DNA from: the human T2T-CHM13v2.0 reference genome, Homo sapiens
NCBI RefSeq assembly: GCF_009914755.1
Contig: NC_060938.1
Strand: one strand, 5' to 3'
DNA: 64,000 nucleotides
Below are positions 26,160 to 38,966 of the stretch, in pieces. Every line of letters starts with the position of its first letter. Position 1 is the stretch's first letter. Position numbers and translations under genes: made by a program. The notes beneath the pieces were generated by a model. It saw nothing but the letters and a program-made list of their open reading frames with translations. It had not been told where the DNA came from and did no database searches.

Positions 26160-28652
26160 TCCACCAGTACTCTTTAGCCTCTGTCCTTTGAGATGAAAGG
26201 CGTATATCCAGGGAGTCATTGCCACTTCACCCTGACCTCTAGAATGAAGACACATAAAACAGACCTAAATCCAACTCACATCTTGAAGCCAAGTCCAGGT
26301 GGCCTGCAGACCAGTGAGCAAAAGTGATACATGTTTGTTGCTGTAAGCAATTGAAATTTTGGGGTTGTTATAGATCACAATTACAACAAAAATAGCTGAT
26401 TAATACAGATGGTGGGTCTTGAGAGGATTCTACCTTCATATGCTTTTAACTCTATGTCTCTAGCAATTATGAAATGGCATACCTAAAATTTTTGGTGGTT
26501 TCCTATTATCCTCAGGACAAAACAGTATAGCTTACTTGCTCCCTTAAATGCAGTTGCATTGAACTACTTACTTCCTGAATGCTCTGTGTTCTTTCATATT
26601 TCTTTGCTTGAGATGCCCTTTCCTTCTTCTATCCCCCAATTGGTCCGTAGTCCCTCTGTATTTTCAGGGTCTTAGCTCAGTTGTTTGCTTCCCTGCGAAT
26701 TCCTAAATGACTACCCCAGTGATCTGGGTTAAGTGCTCACCCTTTTCGGAATTTTCATAGCATCCAGTACTTATCTCTATTTTCGCACTCAAAACCCTTT
26801 TTCTTTCTTCTTCATTAGGTTGAGACCCTTGAGAGAAGTGATCTGTCTTGTTCATCCCTGTATACCATGTACCAGCACAGAGCCTAACCCAGTGAGTGCT
26901 CAGAAAGTGCCTTCTGAACCCATTTTAAGGATGAGGTATCTCAGGTTCAGGGAAGATAAGCTAGTAAGTGACAGAGCCATGGCCAGATCTTCCCAACTCC
27001 CAGGTTCTGGCTCAGTGCCTGGTACTAGGCTGCCTTATGGAATACTGCCTTAACATTTGTTTAGTGGTATTAAAACACATTGGTTTTTAATATTAGCCTG
27101 AGTTAAACATGGTTGGTAAGTTTAATTTGTTGTGATTTACTCCATACCATATACTATATTCTAAAGCTGTATAGAAATGAGTTTCACATTGTCTACATAT
27201 TTGGAGTATTCAAGTCATGTTCTCTTCCACTAAGATCAATTGCATCTCTGGAGAGGAATCCTCGAATGCCACAGCTGGGAGATGTTTCAAAGATCATGTA
27301 TTCACTCTCCTAGGTTTTCAGATGAGAGAGTCTAGAAAGATCCAGAGAGGTTTCACAACTTGGCCAAGTCACCCAATTTCAAAAGAACTTACAAGAAATT
27401 GGGTATCTCTATCCCAGTGCAGTGATCTTTTTGGTACACTAGGCGAATGTCTTCTTTGGTCTTTCATTCTGGCATTTATGGTTTGAGACTGTTTCAGCCT
27501 GTCAGTGGATACCCTTCCCTGGAGTGGCCCTAGGATAGTCTGGGCAACCTGGTCCTTTCTTTCTCTGTGTAGATTTTAATCGTTATGTGAGATGCTCTTC
27601 TGCAGGAATGGGGAAGAGCAGGCACAAGGTGGATGAATCCTGAAGTTCAACTATTCCTGGAAGGAGACTGTGTCATGTTCTTTTTTCCAGGCAAACTCAT
27701 TTTCAGAGGAAAGGGACAGTGTTGGAGGCTGAGTTGACTGTGGTACAGTTCAGTCCTGGCTGGGTTGAGGTCTCATGCTTGGGAGCAAATATATGGGATA
27801 TTAAGCCAAGAAATGAAACAGGGATTAAACAGGGGCATCCTCCAGGCTTAGAATATTTGGGATTGTGAACTTTGAGCTAGTGTTATTTATCTCTACCCCC
27901 TGCTTCTGGTATTAACACACACGGTTTGAGAGTTGTAGACAGACTACGGCGTGTTTTAAAAAGGATACCAGGTTGTTTAACAGACTTCAAACCATGTCCT
28001 GGGAGGAATAGCTAAAACATATGGGAGACTGTAGACCAAAGGAAGGGAGGTATCATAGTGATCACAGTCTTCAGATATCTGTCAGAGAAGAGCTGGCATA
28101 TCAGAAGACAGTTGGATTCTCATGTCTGCTTATGCACTCTACCTATTGCAGTATGTTGGTTTGGTTGAAATATATGAGAAAAATCTGGCCTCACATAGAT
28201 ATGTAGTATGAAAACAAAGGAGTATTTTAATAGCTTGTTCAAAATATTGTGGACATGATATTCTTTATATTGCACCATAATTATTTGACAAGAGGTAGTT
28301 TCTTTGAAGGTTAGTTGCAATGTGAAATCTGATACCATCTTAGTGAACTTATCATATTCTGTTACATTAAAACATTGGTTTATCCTGAAATTTGGATAGA
28401 ACGTTCACCCATGCATGCTTCTTAACCCATCCATTAGTCACTTGAGAAAATTGGTTCGCTGTTAAGCAGCTTCCACCTGTTAGCACACATTTTATTATTC
28501 AATACCAAAATATTACAGTAGCTAACATCATCACTGGTCTCTTTAAGTCAGGAAAAATTTTTAAATATTGGTGAGCTATCTACTTCACAGTGACAAACAT
28601 AAATTTCCTAAAACTCTAATTTTTCCTGGAAGCTTAGATTTTCTAATTAGCA

Positions 28653-28947
<295 letters not shown>

Positions 28948-28971
28948 GATTTTATAATTAGCAACAACTTA

Positions 28972-29171
<200 letters not shown>

Positions 29172-30858
29172 TCACTTCCACTCATATTCTATGAATCAAA
29201 ACATAATGAAGCCCCAATGTCAATAGAGCCTGTAGTAGGAAGCCCTGCAAAGTCCCATGGCAAAGAACCTGGAGGTACACTTCTATTACAGGGAGGAAGT
29301 GAAGAGTTGGGAAGCTGCATTCTCATCAGGATTCCCAACTTCTGTTTCCTCTAACTAATCCTATTCACACCAGTTTCTGATGGCTGCTTCTTGGGAAAGT
29401 CACCAGCACTAGAAGGAGCTCAATGAGTCTCATATGGGTGAGTCAGAAGCTTATTTCATCAATCAGCTACCTCTTGCCATTTCAAAGACTAGTACCTAAG
29501 GCCAGCTACACTCAAGAGTCCAAGTGACAGTTCTTTATTCTCACCTGGTTCTCCCCATGAGGCCTTTTGCTGTATGCCATCCCATTACATCGTCTGTTAT
29601 TGAAGCCATAACATTTCTTATTTTTCTCTTTTCCTATTTGCTTTTTTTTAATCAGCAAAAGAATGTTAGACTTTATATAGAGAGATAACGTTCCTTGGAG
29701 TTTATGGGGCAGGCATGCAGCTGTATGTAGGGTGGAAAGTCATTACAAAGGTCATAGGTAAAATAGTCATAATTAAATCAAACCATGGATTTGGATAAGA
29801 CTCCAGGGAAAGTGTGAAGAGTAACCTTTTTAAATTCCTGCTCCCTGTTGATAAATAGCAACAACAACAAAATTCCTACTCTTCTTTCATGGTTAAAGTT
29901 TAATAAGGTCACTTTCGATGAGCCTATCACCTATCATATTGCTTTGTTTTGACAGCACTAGAACAGAGATCAAAGGCAAACAAGACCAGTGTCTTGTGAG
30001 CCCTGAGGAGAGGTTTTGAGAAGGCAATGACTGGGTCAAAACTCTGAGGTCAAACAAGATTAAAACTGAAAATCATCCGTTGAATTTGGCCAGAGCTGCT
30101 GCCTCTGATTGCTCAGGTTGTGCCTTCACAAGGGCATCTGGCAGAGAGGAGAAGTGGGGCTAAAATTCAATGCGTGCTCTGCCGCCAGCCAAGGCCCTGA
30201 TGTGGCGTTGCATCTTCCGGAAAGGGAAGGCCTTTTATAAACCACACAAAAGTGCAATCTGTTCGCCAAGCTTGAACCCAAGGGGCTATCTCTACATTCA
30301 CCCAGCAGGGCTGCCTTTTCTAAATCGCACAAAGCACCATATGGGCTACTGGCCTGAATTTAGCAACTGGGAGGAGGTCAATGGAGGGGACACAATTTTA
30401 AATTTACATGAAAACCCTTTGTAAACTGTATAACACTATTCAAGTGTAAAGCAGGAAGAGGTGATTCAGAAGCTTAGCAGGTGACAGGAGAAATTACACT
30501 GACCACAAGCCTTTTCTGCCTAACCCACAGCATGTAGAATCTCCATGAGACGTTTAAGTACCCGACAAACTCCTCAGTGGGAAACCATTTGAGGGCAGAC
30601 TGGCCAGAAAGCACAGATGGGAATGGATGTGATTATTTCTAAAAGTCCATTCTAGTCACAAACCCCAAGGCAGATCTAGCCAGTGGGGCAGAAGAGCCCC
30701 AGACAGAAGCACCTGAGCCAGCTTGGCCTGACCTAACTGTCAGGACCCTTTGATCTTGCTGGAGCTTGACTTGGAGAAAACATCTGGTTCTGGGGATTCT
30801 CAGGGGCCATATAGTGTGAAACCGAGGGGAAGTTTTTGTAAAGCTCTGTAGCACTGTG

Positions 30859-30871
30859 ACTGGGGGATACG
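30859..30871 (+). CDS. TRDD3: TRDD3 diversity segment ACTGGGGGATACG (TGGY / LGDT / WGI, all three frames open)
   Basis: 5' AGTTTTTGT-12-CACTGTG (30831-30858). 3' CACAGTG-23-ACAAAAACT (30872-30910). Confidence 0.98.
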
Positions 30872-31834
30872 CACAGTGCTACAAAACCTACAGAGACCTG
30901 TACAAAAACTGCAGGGGCAAAAGTGCCATTTCCCTGGGATATCCTCACCCTGGGTCCCATGCCTCAGGAGACAAACACAGCAAGCAGCTTCCCTCCCTGC
31001 TTTGGGGCCTGGAAGGGATAGCAGGAAGTTGACTGGACCAGGGAGATGACCACAGCTGCTGACCTCTCACTCACTGCTGTTCTTCCTTGGGTGAAACTGG
31101 CATTTCTACATTTTCTTACAGCACATTTGGGGAATACAAAAAGGCCTTTCTTAAAAACTATTCTTGTCTTGTTTTCATGTTGATTCTATTGCAAAAGAGA
31201 GTTATATGAGCCACCTCATACGGAATTTCTAAATTCAAACCTCTAGAGAGATTTACCCAAGTGCTTTGCTTTGCAGTTTGGGAGGATGGATTTGAAGAGA
31301 GATTGATTTTTTTGTAGGCAATCACCGGCCACAGTTGCTCATTCTAAAGCTGACTGCTCTGTAAATCACCCAGTGCTTCATGCCACCCTTTCTCCTCTTG
31401 CTGTGCCACACGTTATCTGCCTTTAAAGCAGCAGCACTGGTGTCTGTAAAGGCCTTAACCCTGGAGTAGTCATGGAGCCAAGACCCACCCCTTTGACAGT
31501 GCCAGCTTTCCAACACAGAGAGCTGAGTATGGGTCTAGGAAGTGAGAGCAATGTAAAACAATAGAAAGCAACAGTTCAGAGCACTGCATCAAGTGTACTG
31601 TGCTGGAAAGGTCCGCCATAGGAAATATGGTCCTCCATACTCCTCAGACAACAGCCTTCCGAAAGCAAACCTGTCCCTACCTGCAGATGATTAACCATCT
31701 ATGAACCGGCTGGGTAAGCAACAAGTGCCATCTTTCATGGAGCTGAGCCTTAAAGATCCTCCAGTCCTAAAGCTGACGGGAAGAAGGTAGGTGGGAGCAG
31801 CGCTGAGGTTTTTGGAACGTCCTCAAGTGCTGTG

Positions 31835-31885
31835 ACACCGATAAACTCATCTTTGGAAAAGGAACCCGTGTGACTGTGGAACCAA
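31835..31885 (+). CDS. TRDJ1: TRDJ1, TDKLIFGKGTRVTVEP
   Basis: 12-RSS GGTTTTTGG-12-TGCTGTG (31807-31834), FGxG motif, donor GTAAGT at 31886. Confidence 0.98.
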
Positions 31886-34799
31886 GTAAGTAACTCATTT
31901 ATTTATCTGAAGTTTAAGGTTAAGGCATCCTCCATCTAAGGAGGCAGAAATAATCCTGAAATGGGAAATGGGTGAAATAGCTAGCATTTAGGAGGACTCC
32001 TGGGAAGAGGTGAAATATGGTTAATCCTTTCCATAGGAGAGGAGCAGAAGGTGTCTGTAAAAAAAGAGTTTGGGGCATATGAAGGGACCCTTCTGGCTCA
32101 GAGGAAACAGAGAACTCTGCCCAGTCCATCGAATTTGGGTCAGGCTGTAGAAACCACAGAGTCATTGGCCCAACTCCCTGAGCAGAGTCAGAATGGACAC
32201 AGAATGAAGCTGACTTGAGTCCAGGTGGTTTTACCAACGTGATTCCAAACGTTCTGACCTCCCTTATGCCAAACACATCCTCCTGGAAGAGCTCAGAACT
32301 GAATCCGTCTCCTGGGCATGGAGGGTGGGGCGAGCGCAAGTAGTCCCTGGTGTTGCGATATTTCTCTTTAGAAGAAAATAACCTGTTTCAGACATTTGTT
32401 TCTAATTGTTTGAGCTGCAAATGAAAACTAGGTTACTAGTGAGAAATATGGGACATTCTGGTTCCCACTGAGACCAGATTCCAAGCAGGACAAAGTGAAT
32501 GTGTAGTGCTTCCAACTAAGAAATGCTTTGAAGTCTCCAGGACACAGCCAGGAGAGTTCCCTACCACTCACCAGTGTTCATCGTTTTTGCAAAGAGTATA
32601 TGGTGCCAGTCACTTATTAACAGTTATGCAAGAATCAATGCTAAGGTTGTTGAAGGATTGTGCTCAACACAGAAGGCATCTTTGGTGTCCTTTCAATGAC
32701 ATTTGAATTCGACCGTGTCTTGCTAAAAAATAAAATAAAATAAGACAGTGGTCTCCACCTGGCAGCAGATTCCAGTTAGATAGTACATATTAATCTTAAG
32801 TAAGAAAATGTAATAAACCAATACAAAAACCCATTTCGAAGGTCCTAGGGAAGTCTAGCAATAGGGGTCAGTGGTCCCAAATCTGCCCAACCAGCTGTTG
32901 GAAAAGAAACAGCATGCCCTGCCCTGGCTGGGACTTTGGCACTCAGCTCAGGTTTTTCAAGGTAAAAGAAGGCTCTAGAGAGATAGGGTGGTGATGGTGG
33001 GCTCTTCTCAGAGACCAAATGGGGACAAAGCAGTTCCAGGCATATGCAGGCAAGGAGGCTGAGGAAGGGGAAGGACAGGCATGAGCAACCCAAGACCTCA
33101 CACACTGCAGGGAGAAAAGGGGCAGGGGCCCTGCCGTCAGGGAGAAAGACACCCAAAGTTGTGCTAGTGGAGTCAGTGCAGAGATGTTCAGACTTTTTTA
33201 AAAAATCAACATCTTAGTAAGATTTTGAAATTTTAACTAATTTGGGCCTTTGCCTTTAGACCTTATTATCCTTAAAATTTTCACTAAAATAAGTTTATCC
33301 ACAATTCCAACAAAGCTAAAGACTGATTATCCTAATTTCCCTTTGTTTGCCAAGTAAGGGATGAATTAAGTTCCTCTGTTTACCCATTTACTTGGTCCAT
33401 ATTTCCCTAACTGCGGAGTGCACAGCACATATTTTCAGATGGAGAGACGTTCTTTTTATTTGCATGGATCTATCTTTTAATGGCTATCAGAATAGTACAA
33501 CTAGGCTATCAAACCCATGTGATTTCAAGTTTCCTTTTAATTATATTTTAAGTTAAAAAGTGAATAAATTTTTTTAAATTATTAAGCAAATTATGACAGA
33601 TGACTATGACCAAAAAAGCGGGGGAGATGTGCTTAATTGAAGTTTGGGAAGTGCTGAACTTCATATTGGTGCATTTCATCAGCCTTTGAAGTGAAAAAGT
33701 AAGGGGTATCCAGAGGGGGCACAACCTAGAATATCTTTGAATGGCAGCTTCTATTTTTAAGCTACCAACATTGGATTAAAGAGACTGCACTGCAAACCCA
33801 GGGCCTTTATCTTCTCAGAAGCCTTTTGATGCTTTTTTTTTCCTTGGGAGCTTCTTTCAAGTTCTTACTTACGGAGCTCCTGGGTAGCACAAAACTAACA
33901 GAACAGGTCTATACAAACCCACAGCTGTAGATCCCACACTTTAGTCCTCTGGATACAGTAAACCTGGAGAGACCACTTAGCTTCGTAAAACAGAACAGAG
34001 AAACAGGACAAAACAGCATGGAATAAAGTAATGGAAACGTGTACTTCTATGGTAACAACAGCGGCAGTGGGGAAAAGAGGCATGGTCGTTGGGAACATCT
34101 GCGTGGAAGTGGGCCATGTGATGGACTTTGAATGCAATCTATTATTGTATGTCACAATTATGTAACTACCACTTTTTGAGTGCCTACCATTTATTAGGCC
34201 ACTGGGCTAAGTCCTTTAATGATTATCACTTCACTCAGTCCTCACTACGATCATGTGGAATTGAGGTACCATGACTTGCGTTTTATGGATCAGGAAACTG
34301 AATCTTAAAGGGGTTCCTCAAGATCACACAGCTTAGTAAAGTCATCATTTGAATCACCTGCTTGATGCCAGCATCTGTGCTCTTAAGAAGTCTGCTCTTC
34401 CATCAGGGCTGCAGCTAGACTAGGGCATGTGTGGAGGTTTTTCCTGCCTGGCCCAGCCTCTGCCTCAGGTCTCTAATGAGCTCCTTTTCAAGCTGAATCA
34501 GAAACAACAGTTATGCCACTTCCCTTCCAGTGCCATCCCCATCACTTCTCTCACCAAGGAAGAACTTCTGAACCCCCGCCAAAACCAGTTACCCAAAGCA
34601 GCATTCCCCTTCCCCAGGAGGAGCCAGGTGAGGCCCATCTCTCACATTACACCCCTGGAGACCCAGGGTCCCTAAATACAGAAAGGTCCAGACGATGATC
34701 AGAGCATCACTCTTTCCCTCAAGAAAAGGAGTCCACATAATTCTGGCCTCATCAAAATGTTTCTCAGATTCCAAAAGATGACCTTCCCATTCCTCCAGG

Positions 34800-35800
34800 C
34801 CCACTAGCCCTTGGCCTGGCATCTGGCACTCCCTCTCACTCCCAGTCAGCATCTCCCAGAACAGAGCCTTTGCACCTGCAAGTCCTTCCACCTGGAGCCA
34901 TTTTCTCCCAGGGACTCACACAGTTTTCTCCCTCCCCTCCTCCAGGTCTCCACTCAAATGTCATTTCCAGTGAATCCTTTCCCTACCACCTCATGTCACT
35001 CTGAAGACCCCTTTCCCTGCTTTATTTATAGCCCTCATGTCTACTTGAATCTTTATATGCTCGTTTACTGTCTGTTTCCCTTGCTCTGTGAGAGAAAGGA
35101 CTTTGAGTTGTTTCTTACTGCACCTATAAGTACACTGAAAGCACTAAACAAACATTTGTTGAATGAGTGAATGAATAAATAAAGGAATGAATGAATCAGA
35201 GAAAAAGTCAGCTATGGTATAAAGCAAAAGAAAAGAAAAATGAAGGGAAGCTGGTAACCTACAGAGCCGAGCCTGAGTCCTGGCTCTGCAACCCATCACA
35301 GGTCTCTGCCACGAAGTGCCAGGCACTGTTCTGGGTGCCAGGGAATCGACATGAACAAAGCAGGCATGAACTTCTGCCATATTGGAGCTTATTTTCTAAT
35401 GGCAAAAGACAGATGGTAAACTAAATAAATAAATAAAAAATATATACAGTGCGTTAGGGTGGTAATAAGCCCTGAGAAGAAAAATAAAGCCGGGAAGGAG
35501 AATAAAGAGGACTAGTGGGAGGGACCAGCATGCAGTTTTAAACAGAAGAGTCACAGAAGGTCTCACTGGAAAGGTGACAGTGGAGCAGAGACCCGAGGAG
35601 GTGGTAAAGTGAGGCATGCAGACCTCTGGAGAGAGAGCACTTCCAGGCAGAGGGGACACAGGGCTGCCTGGGGTGTGTGGCTGGAGGAGGGGAGGGAGTG
35701 ATGGGGAGAGAATGTGAAAATGAGGTCAGATTGGTGATGGGTTGGGGAGAGGGTGGCTTGTAGGCCACTGTAAGGACTACTGCTTTTGGATTCGAAAGGG
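34800..35800. mobile_element. Two LINE-2 fragments in opposite orientation
   Basis: L2-like tail on + ending near 35170 (TTGTTGAATGAGTGAATGAAT), and a minus-strand L2-like segment from ~35315 (GTGCCAGGCACTGTTCTGGGTGC). Confidence 0.5.
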
Positions 35801-36994
35801 AAGATTGGGGAGTAGAATGGAAGTCACACGTAACCTAGAGAAAAGATCTAGAGAGACAGAAACCTGAATACCAGTCCTAACCCACGGCCCTAAGAAGTGG
35901 GCACCCTCTTCATATCACATAACACCAAAAAATAGCTTCTGTTCTTTTTCAGCAACCTGTCCCAACAATCCTTCCTGCTTGGGAGCTCTGTTCTTAGTGC
36001 AATTACATTCCCCACGCTTCTAGTAAAATGTATCTTCTCTGAGTTTAGCCCTAATAAACATTCTAATAATTACATCGAGTCTCTCTAGTTCACAGATGCT
36101 GTATCTAATCTTATAACCTATAATACGGAAGATGTTATCCTCACTTCGTAGAGAAACCAGATAAAGCTCAGTGAGTTTAAGGAACTTGGCCAAGATTACA
36201 CACTTGGAAAGGGACAGAGTCAAAACTAGGTTTTGGATCTTCTGACATCCTTCTACTTTACAACGACTAGGAACCACCCTTCATGTTAGTGATTCTCCAA
36301 CTATCATCTACAGTCTTTTAAGGATTGTAAACTGATCCGAAAAATCCATATTCCCTCCTTGGTTTTTATGAGTGACATACAGGCAATCTCATAGATTCTG
36401 ATGTTCACGTATAACAGAAATTAATTTAACTGTCACTTCTAAGTGTGAGAGTGTCATTGAAGCTTGCTAAAATTTGATATGCATGAATGTGTTATTAAAA
36501 TGGATGGAAAAACTTAATTCTATTTTGTACTAAGCAGTTTGGCTGCTGCACAATACTTGGCAATGATGCAAAACTCTCAGATATGAAATAAATTTCCCCT
36601 AAAAGGTTGGAATGCATGGTATATATAACCTGCTAGGTCCCTGCCTCACCTAAGTGTAGCCCGAAGGTGGAGAACCACTGCTCTATGACCAACGTTCCAC
36701 CCTTCTTTCCTCTTGATCAAACCAAAAAACATCTTTCCAGTCTATATTCATTCTCTCTTATTTGAGCACAAATTCTGTCAGATTGTAATATGGGCAAAAG
36801 CTTGGATTTCTATTTGATGCTAGAGTCACCTCTTGTTCCATCCTGAAGGACAACCTCTAAGACGGAGGAGAAGAGGCTAGGCCAGATGGGACAGAAAATC
36901 ACATGGGATGAATATCATGTGACTTGGCAACTGGGGCTAGGGTTGCCATAAAGGGAAAAGCAAGGTAGTTTTTGGATTAGGTATGTCAGCTGTG

Positions 36995-37042
36995 CCAGAC
37001 CCCTGATCTTTGGCAAAGGAACCTATCTGGAGGTACAACAAC
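36995..37042 (+). CDS. TRDJ4: TRDJ4, RPLIFGKGTYLEVQQ
   Basis: 12-RSS AGTTTTTGG-12-AGCTGTG (36967-36994), FGxG motif, donor GTAAGT at 37043. Confidence 0.96.
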
Positions 37043-38434
37043 GTAAGTAACCTACTTTTCCTTCTTATGACCACTATGTTTGGCAATTACATTTGTTAAA
37101 TATTTTTCTAAGTCACCAGGTTAGGAAGCAGTGCTCCAGTAGGTAATATAGCAAGGGATGGCTTGAGGAACAGGAACTGAGTTTCCGATAAAATCCAGGA
37201 TGGCGTCTGTGCTTCAGTGAGCCGTCTTGATCCATTGTCCTTCCTAGAGAGTTTCTATTCCCTCTACCTGGCTCCAGAAAGCTAGCCTCCTCAACATCTA
37301 TGCATCCACCATGTACAGATCTAGGCCACCACTGTGATCAGACTCACATGACAGCACTTCGGGGGGTGGACACAAGGTGAAATGAGGAGCACGCTGAACC
37401 AGTAAATCAGAGGCCAAGTTCCAATCTGTCCAATGCATTAACTGACAATGCATTAGCTGACAAACTCTGTGACTTAACTGCACTGAACTATAGTTTCCCT
37501 ATAGTTAGATGAAGGATTTCCAAGCTGTCTTCCAGCCCTTGCCCACTATGATCCTGATTATCCCCAGACCAATTCTTATGAACAATTGGGAGGAAAAGCA
37601 AGGAAGCCCAATGGTGTGACTGTCCTATTACCCAGTAGGAATTCTGTGATTTAATGGAAAAAAAAAAAAAGGCACTGGAAAGGGAGTGAAAACTCTCCCT
37701 ATGCATCCCTTAATTAGCCCTTGTGTGATCACAGAGGTTTGGAAAAATGATGCCTTGAGGCTCCTTTCAGTCCTACCATCTATTACTCTGGTTCAGGGGC
37801 TGGAAACTGGAAATTGAGTGAAGCCCAACTCAGCCACTCACTTAACCACCTTTACAGTGCCTTTGTCTGTGAGATGGATCTAAAAATATCACCTCATAGA
37901 GTTTATTTCAATAACTTTGTTGAAGTAGTATAAACACCAGCTGTTTAAGTAGGAAAGTATTTATACAAATCATAGTCATCTGTGATTATTATAGTCCTTT
38001 GGATAGACCCCAAGTCTTTTGCATCAATGGCTCTTGCTCCAACCATTGTGTCCTTCCACCTCTCGCTGAGGCACAGTCCTGTTGTGATTGATTTAGTTGA
38101 GGCTTATTGTTACGTTTCTGCCTACAACGGCCATTTGGCAATTCTCAGCAAAATATGTGAAAATGTTATCCTGAAGCAAGATCTGGGAGTAAGAGATGGC
38201 AGGTTGAGGAGATAATAGCAGAAAATCTAAGGACTTGCCTAAGTGTCAAAACTCAGAAGATAGCAGACATCAAAAAAGCTGCCAAAATATAATGCTCAGA
38301 TCTCAGAAACCCTTGCAAAGCTCTGTCTCCAGCTACACCCATTCTGCTCCACCCACCCACTTCCAAACAGATGAATTAGACTGACAGGGAGCAAATAGGT
38401 AGCAAGGTTTTTCGTAATGATGCCTGTGGTAGTG

Positions 38435-38488
38435 CTTTGACAGCACAACTCTTCTTTGGAAAGGGAACACAACTCATCGTGGAACCAG
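38435..38488 (+). CDS. TRDJ2: TRDJ2, LTAQLFFGKGTQLIVEP
   Basis: 12-RSS GTTTTTCGT-12-GGTAGTG (38407-38434), FGxG motif, donor GTAAGT at 38489. Confidence 0.96.
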
Positions 38489-38913
38489 GTAAGTTATGCA
38501 TTTTACTACAGCTCAGTGTGTATATTTCTTTAGGGTTGTTGTAGCGTAGTCCTGAATGAATGGGGCTTCTTGGGAAGTAAAGAGTTCCAAATTAGAAACC
38601 CATTGTTTGTTGCAAACAGTAGGGGTAAAATTTGGGAGCAAATGCATTAGATTTCTCTTAAGAAAATATTCTGTATATGCTTGGAAACTCCATTCTGAGG
38701 CTTGGTATTCATAAGTTTTTTACAACTACTGAAAAAAAGCCCTAGGTCAGGCTTTTAGTTTTGGGCTCCCTAGAACCAGGAAAAAGGCAAGCTGTGGTTG
38801 AGGAGGGTCTCTCCAGTATTTATGAGGGATAAAAGTCATGGTCACAGTGTAGGAAGAGGGAAGGTTAGAAAGAAAAAAGTATTACGAAAGAAGGAGTTTT
38901 AAAAAGAGGATCT

Positions 38914-38914
<1 letters not shown>

Positions 38915-38964
<50 letters not shown>
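38915..38964. repeat. (CT)n microsatellite
   Basis: Long, nearly pure CT run. Confidence 0.95.

Positions 38965-38966
<2 letters not shown>

Noticed and set aside
33708-33724. CCAGAGGGGGCAC as a CTCF site
   Set aside because: The 5' half of the core aligns poorly (about four mismatches).
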